Part shown: piece after piece, positions 59,874 to 64,000 of the stretch | How positions within the stretch are numbered: position 1 is the first letter of the stretch | Layout: the number at the start of each line of letters is the position of its first letter | From: Macrostomum lignano | Lineage: Eukaryota | NCBI GenBank assembly: GCA_002269645.1 | Contig: NIVC01001269.1 | Span: 1 to 64,000, forward strand | Direction of reading: 5' to 3' | Length of the DNA stretch: 64,000 nucleotides | Notes under the pieces: generated by a model | Database searches by the model: none | What the model was told of the DNA's origin: nothing | Seen by the model: only the letters and a program-made list of their open reading frames with translations | Program-made: the position numbers and the translations under genes

Positions 59874-61185
59874 CAGTGTAATTGCGCAATGTATACTTCA
59901 GTCTCACTGATGCTTAGTGTATTTTAATAGATATTTAATTAAGAATTTAGAAGGCTTGCAAGTGTGACTGAGGTACTTTTAGTTTCAAGTGGAGACAGAC
60001 ATGGCAAAAGCGAGTCTAAACCAAGTGTTCTTTTGCGAGCTCGTACTGAACGAGTACGTCGAAATTCACAGAGACTTGCCGGCCAAAGTGAGGGACAATT
60101 TGAAGCGCAAAATTCGAGAGAAAAGTAAAGCCTTTTCTTCCAAGACTTCTAAAAAGTGAGAAACCGGAACCGCGGCAAGAAAAGGCGCCCATAACAGCGG
60201 CGGCGTGTGCTCTTTGCGGAGGATGAAGTCAGGGAAAAGATCAAAGCACTGCACGTCAAGCGAGTCATGTTAAATGGGAATAAGGAGCACCATTGGCCTC
60301 TTTACCGCGTGATTTTACAACGAAAAGTAGCATCGGGGCATCGGGGAATGGGGGGTTTTAGGGTGTGTAAATTCTTCATGGGGGATCGATTTTTATACAT
60401 AAACTTCGATAGAGGCAAGGGGGTCTATTGAAGATTAGGTATATAAAAGTTTTTGGGGGTCAAAAGGGGGGTGACCAACTAAGGACAATAACCAATAACC
60501 AGGGCATTTCATTCTTTGACCCGGACATCACAATCCGGATGTCTCAAAGCAAACCTTAGTTTTTCGGCAGGATATTTCAACCTTAGCTTGTGACTATCAG
60601 GGGGAGACTGCTAATACCCCGGAGAACGCAAAGCAGCTTGAGATATCCGGGGGGGAGATCAAAAAGCACTTGTACTATCTGGGCGGATCACACAAGACAC
60701 GGATATCCGAAAGTATAACACCGGTCCACAAAGTCCTTCCCCCGTTAGAAGAAGTGCGGATGATACGGTATTGATTTCAAAATAAACTTCTAAAGTCATG
60801 AATGCATCGCTTACGGCTTTGCTTGAAAACCGCGTATAAATAAAGAAAAACAAATATTAATAGCGATGATGAAGTTTAAAATAGGCACATTCACAATAGC
60901 CAGTGTTAAGTGTTAAGGAAGTCTACCCTTCCTTTCTTCTGCTCCTGTACGTTATTCCGCCGTGAATTGTGTCTCTCATGGAGGTGGGTGTGTGCAGTGC
61001 TCATTGTGCTATCCGAGCTCAGTCTGGCCCCTAGGGTAGACAGAGAGCATCGCTGATGCTAGTAGAAAAGCCATGTGCATCTAGACATACAAAACAGCAA
61101 AAACTGCAGAGAAGCTGCCTTTAACCGAGGCGTCGAGACTTCAGAGAATCGCAAGCAGAAAAAAAACAGAGCATCAAACGTCGCT

Positions 61186-61790
61186 ATGCTTCATCTTGCA
61201 ACCAGTGTCTGTCTGCTAATCTTCGTTGAGCTTATTGGTAAGTGTTCCAGCAGCGTCAGCTGTGCCGTGGTTTTCGTGTATTTTCTGTATATTCAATATT
61301 TTCTGGACCTCCAGAGTAGTGCTACCATTGAAAATGAATTTGCAGGGACAACCCAGGCAGCGGGCTGCTCAACAGTCACCTGCTACAACGGTGGCACCTG
61401 CAACAGCTACACAGAAAGCCCGCCGTGCCTGTGCCCGCTGCCCTACATCGCACCTTACTGCGAATCAGCTGCAGACTACTGCTTCACCCTGCAGCCTGAC
61501 AAGAACATCACTAAGCTGCCTGTGTGCCTGAATGACGGCACCTGCACTCTGGCGTACACCGATGCGTACTTCAACTGCAGCTGCCCCTCTAACTACACAG
61601 GTGTGAAAATGCGATTGCAAGTCTTGTGTGACAGACGCTTGAAAAAAAATTCAAGTAGATTATTATTCCAACAGGCACCAAGCTGAGTGAAATATTGAAG
61701 TTTGATTTGAAGCTTGTATGTACGAGCGTACTCTGTCTTCGATATCTTTGTTTGTGCCTGACTGACTGTCCGTCTTTCTGTCTGTCTGGC

Positions 61791-61873
<83 letters not shown>

Positions 61874-62286
61874 ACATGAAACTAGCTGCAGCAACACAGC
61901 GTGATTGAATACCATCTATATAATTCATAAGCACTCACATTTGCTCAGGTTTGCGCTGCGAGGTACCGGTTGGAGACGAGGAGACTACAGAATTTTCTAC
62001 TACCACAATAACCACTGCTGCTACTGAACAGAGTAAGCTACTTTCTAACACCAACTACAGTTCAGAGTTTTAAGCATCTAATTGCAGTCATTTACAACAG
62101 TTATGACTTTTTTCAGCCAGTGAGCAGAGCCAAATCTCTACAGCGGTGATCATAGCGACTGCCTGCGGTGCAGTCTTACTGACTGGTGGCGCCATCCTGG
62201 TGGGCGTTTATTTGATTCGCTCCTGTCGCCATAAAAAGCCTCAAATAAAGGAAACAATAACTACGGGTACGGGGAACTTCTATTAG
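61186..62286 (+). CDS. Type I membrane protein with two EGF-like domains (186 aa, 4 exons)
   Basis: Exons 61186-61237 (signal peptide), 61346-61600 (EGF1 and most of EGF2), 61949-62032 (GLRCE plus Thr-rich stalk) and 62117-62286 (TM and short tail). All three introns are phase 1 and the total is 561 nt in frame. Confidence 0.85.
61779..61872. repeat. (TCTG)n microsatellite in an intron
   Basis: Directly visible. Confidence 0.95.
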
Positions 62287-62305
62287 CAGTACAGTGGATG
62301 CGGTT

Positions 62306-62441
62306 CCACGGCCATCGCTGAGGCAATTCTGCCCATTCCGCTGACTCCGGAGCACATGCAAGCGCCCCAATACTGTACGCAGGCCCGCACTCATGCACAC
62401 GCTCATACAAGGTGTACACCTTCTAATCGTCAGGCATGTAC
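62306..62441 (+). repeat. Dispersed repeat family B, copy 5 (just 3' of the EGF gene stop)
   Basis: cgctgaggcaattctgcccattccgctgactcc...aaggtgtacaccttctaatcgtcaggcatgtac. Confidence 0.75.
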
Positions 62442-62963
62442 AGTCTCTATGTGCCTTGGAACTTGGATTTTCAGCTTATGCTATTCAAAGAAGCAAGCTT
62501 ATTTTAAATGACGGCTGTTTCTTTAAAATTTGTTGGAAAGTAAAACAGTGTTCTGCATCGCAACTAATCAAGGTCGAATTTGACGTACAAATTGTCTAAA
62601 ATATAGAATCTTCAAGTCTAATCAACTTGATTTTATTACTATTACTTCGTATTTCCATCTGCTAAAGCTAAATTGTTTTGTTATTGTGTACGGCTCTTCA
62701 CGCACAATTTAAATTTGCTTTGATGGGTATTTTTTAAAGACCCGATGTGAATTTTATTGGCTGTCTGTCTGTAATCTGCATACGAACAATTTTTCTATTT
62801 AATCAATGTAGTTTAATTAAATTGTTATCAAATAAATCTGCTATACCATCAGTTCTGATAATCTCCTACTAATTCACGTTTACTGTAAATCTTCAATAGT
62901 GATATTGTACGGAAAAAAAATTTGATTCATAAATACATGTATTTTACCGCAAAAGTTTTTGAA

Positions 62964-63737
62964 CGGGAATAGCTGGATACTGGACACGGGAACAGCTGGA
63001 TACTGGACACGGGAACATGCAGCTGGATACTGGACACGGGAACAGCTGGATACTGCAGGGACACGGGAACAGCTGGATACTGCAGGGACATGGGAACAGC
63101 TGGATACTGCAGGGACACGGGAACAGCTGGATACTGCAGAGACACGGGAACAGCTGGATACTGCAGGGACACGGGAACAGCTGGATACTGCAGGGACACG
63201 GGAACAGCTGGATACTGCAGGGACACAGGAACAGCTGGATACTGCAGGGACACGGGAACAGCTGGATACTGCAGGGACACAGGAACAGCTGGATACTGCA
63301 GGGACACGGGAACAGCTGGATACTGCAGGGACACGGGAACAGCTGGATACTGCAGGGACACGGGAACAGCTGGATACTGCAGGGACACGGGAACAGCTGG
63401 ATACTGCAGGGACACGGGAACAGCTGGATACTGCAGGGACACGGGAACAGCTGGATACTGCAGGGACACGGGAACAGCTGGATACTGCAGGGACACGGGG
63501 ACAGCTGGATACTGCAGGGACACGGGGACAGCTGGATACTGCAGGGACACGGGGACAGCTGGATACTGCAGGGACACGGGGACAGCTGGATACTGCAGGG
63601 ACACGGGGACAGCTGGATACTGCAGGGACACGGGGACAGCTGGATACTGCAGGGACATGGGAACAGCTGGATACTGCAGGGACACGGGAACAGCTGGATA
63701 CTGCAGGGACACGGGAACAGCTGGATACTGGACACGG
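62964..63737. repeat. 27-bp minisatellite
   Basis: Unit gggaacagctggatactgcagggacac, about 28 copies. Confidence 0.95.
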
Positions 63738-64000
63738 CAAGTTCGAAGACGCTAAGTGACGGTGTAATGATGGTGAATGATCGATGTGAAATTTGGTTAT
63801 TAAGAAACAGTCTTAGTCCGTTTCTTGTCACTGCAGCCTCTGATGTCTCGCCACTTGCCCACGTTCTCCATTGTTTTCAAACAGGAAATTAATTTTCGAT
63901 AGAGCGCTTCTTGCTATTCACCTTAATGTGGACAGGTTTTTGCCTGAATTCGATCATCCTGTGAAGCCCGTGAAACTTCATTCCGTGCGATCGATAGAAT

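Noticed and set aside
59990-60720. Possible TE or gene fragment upstream of the EGF gene
   Set aside because: Short ORFs only; no terminal repeats or domain recognised
62880-63892. Long ORFs in all six frames
   Set aside because: A 27-bp unit without stop codons gives open frames automatically; no coding context

Overview
Intron-containing animal genomic DNA. GC-rich exons, short GT-AG introns and many minisatellites and MITEs suggest a free-living flatworm such as Macrostomum (inference only). From left to right: (1) 2.3-19.6 kb is a tandem array of five class-A-like 7TM receptor paralogues (two intact, two frameshifted, one fragment), with an LTR+PBS remnant and MITEs between them. (2) 20.6-31.7 kb holds the main finding, two head-to-head paralogous genes that I could splice by hand into single open frames. 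Gene A (minus, 7 exons, 1095 aa) is pseudokinase - pseudocaspase - about 6 ankyrin repeats - poly-Gly - pseudocaspase. Gene B (plus, 8 exons, 1357 aa) is pseudokinase - intact kinase - pseudocaspase - about 6 ankyrin repeats - poly-Gly - pseudocaspase. All four caspase folds lack the catalytic Cys. I know of no described protein with this architecture; it may be an undescribed paired immune or cell-death signalling module. (3) 35.3-42.5 kb is a 5-exon CNOT11 gene with repeat- and TE-filled introns. (4) 45-64 kb contains two orphan genes, an internally deleted Ty3/Gypsy element inserted in the B-box of a tRNA-derived SINE, a 4-TM protein gene and a 2xEGF single-pass membrane protein gene. I found no rRNA, genuine tRNA or CRISPR array. 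Exon models rest on splice consensus and frame continuity, not on transcript data.
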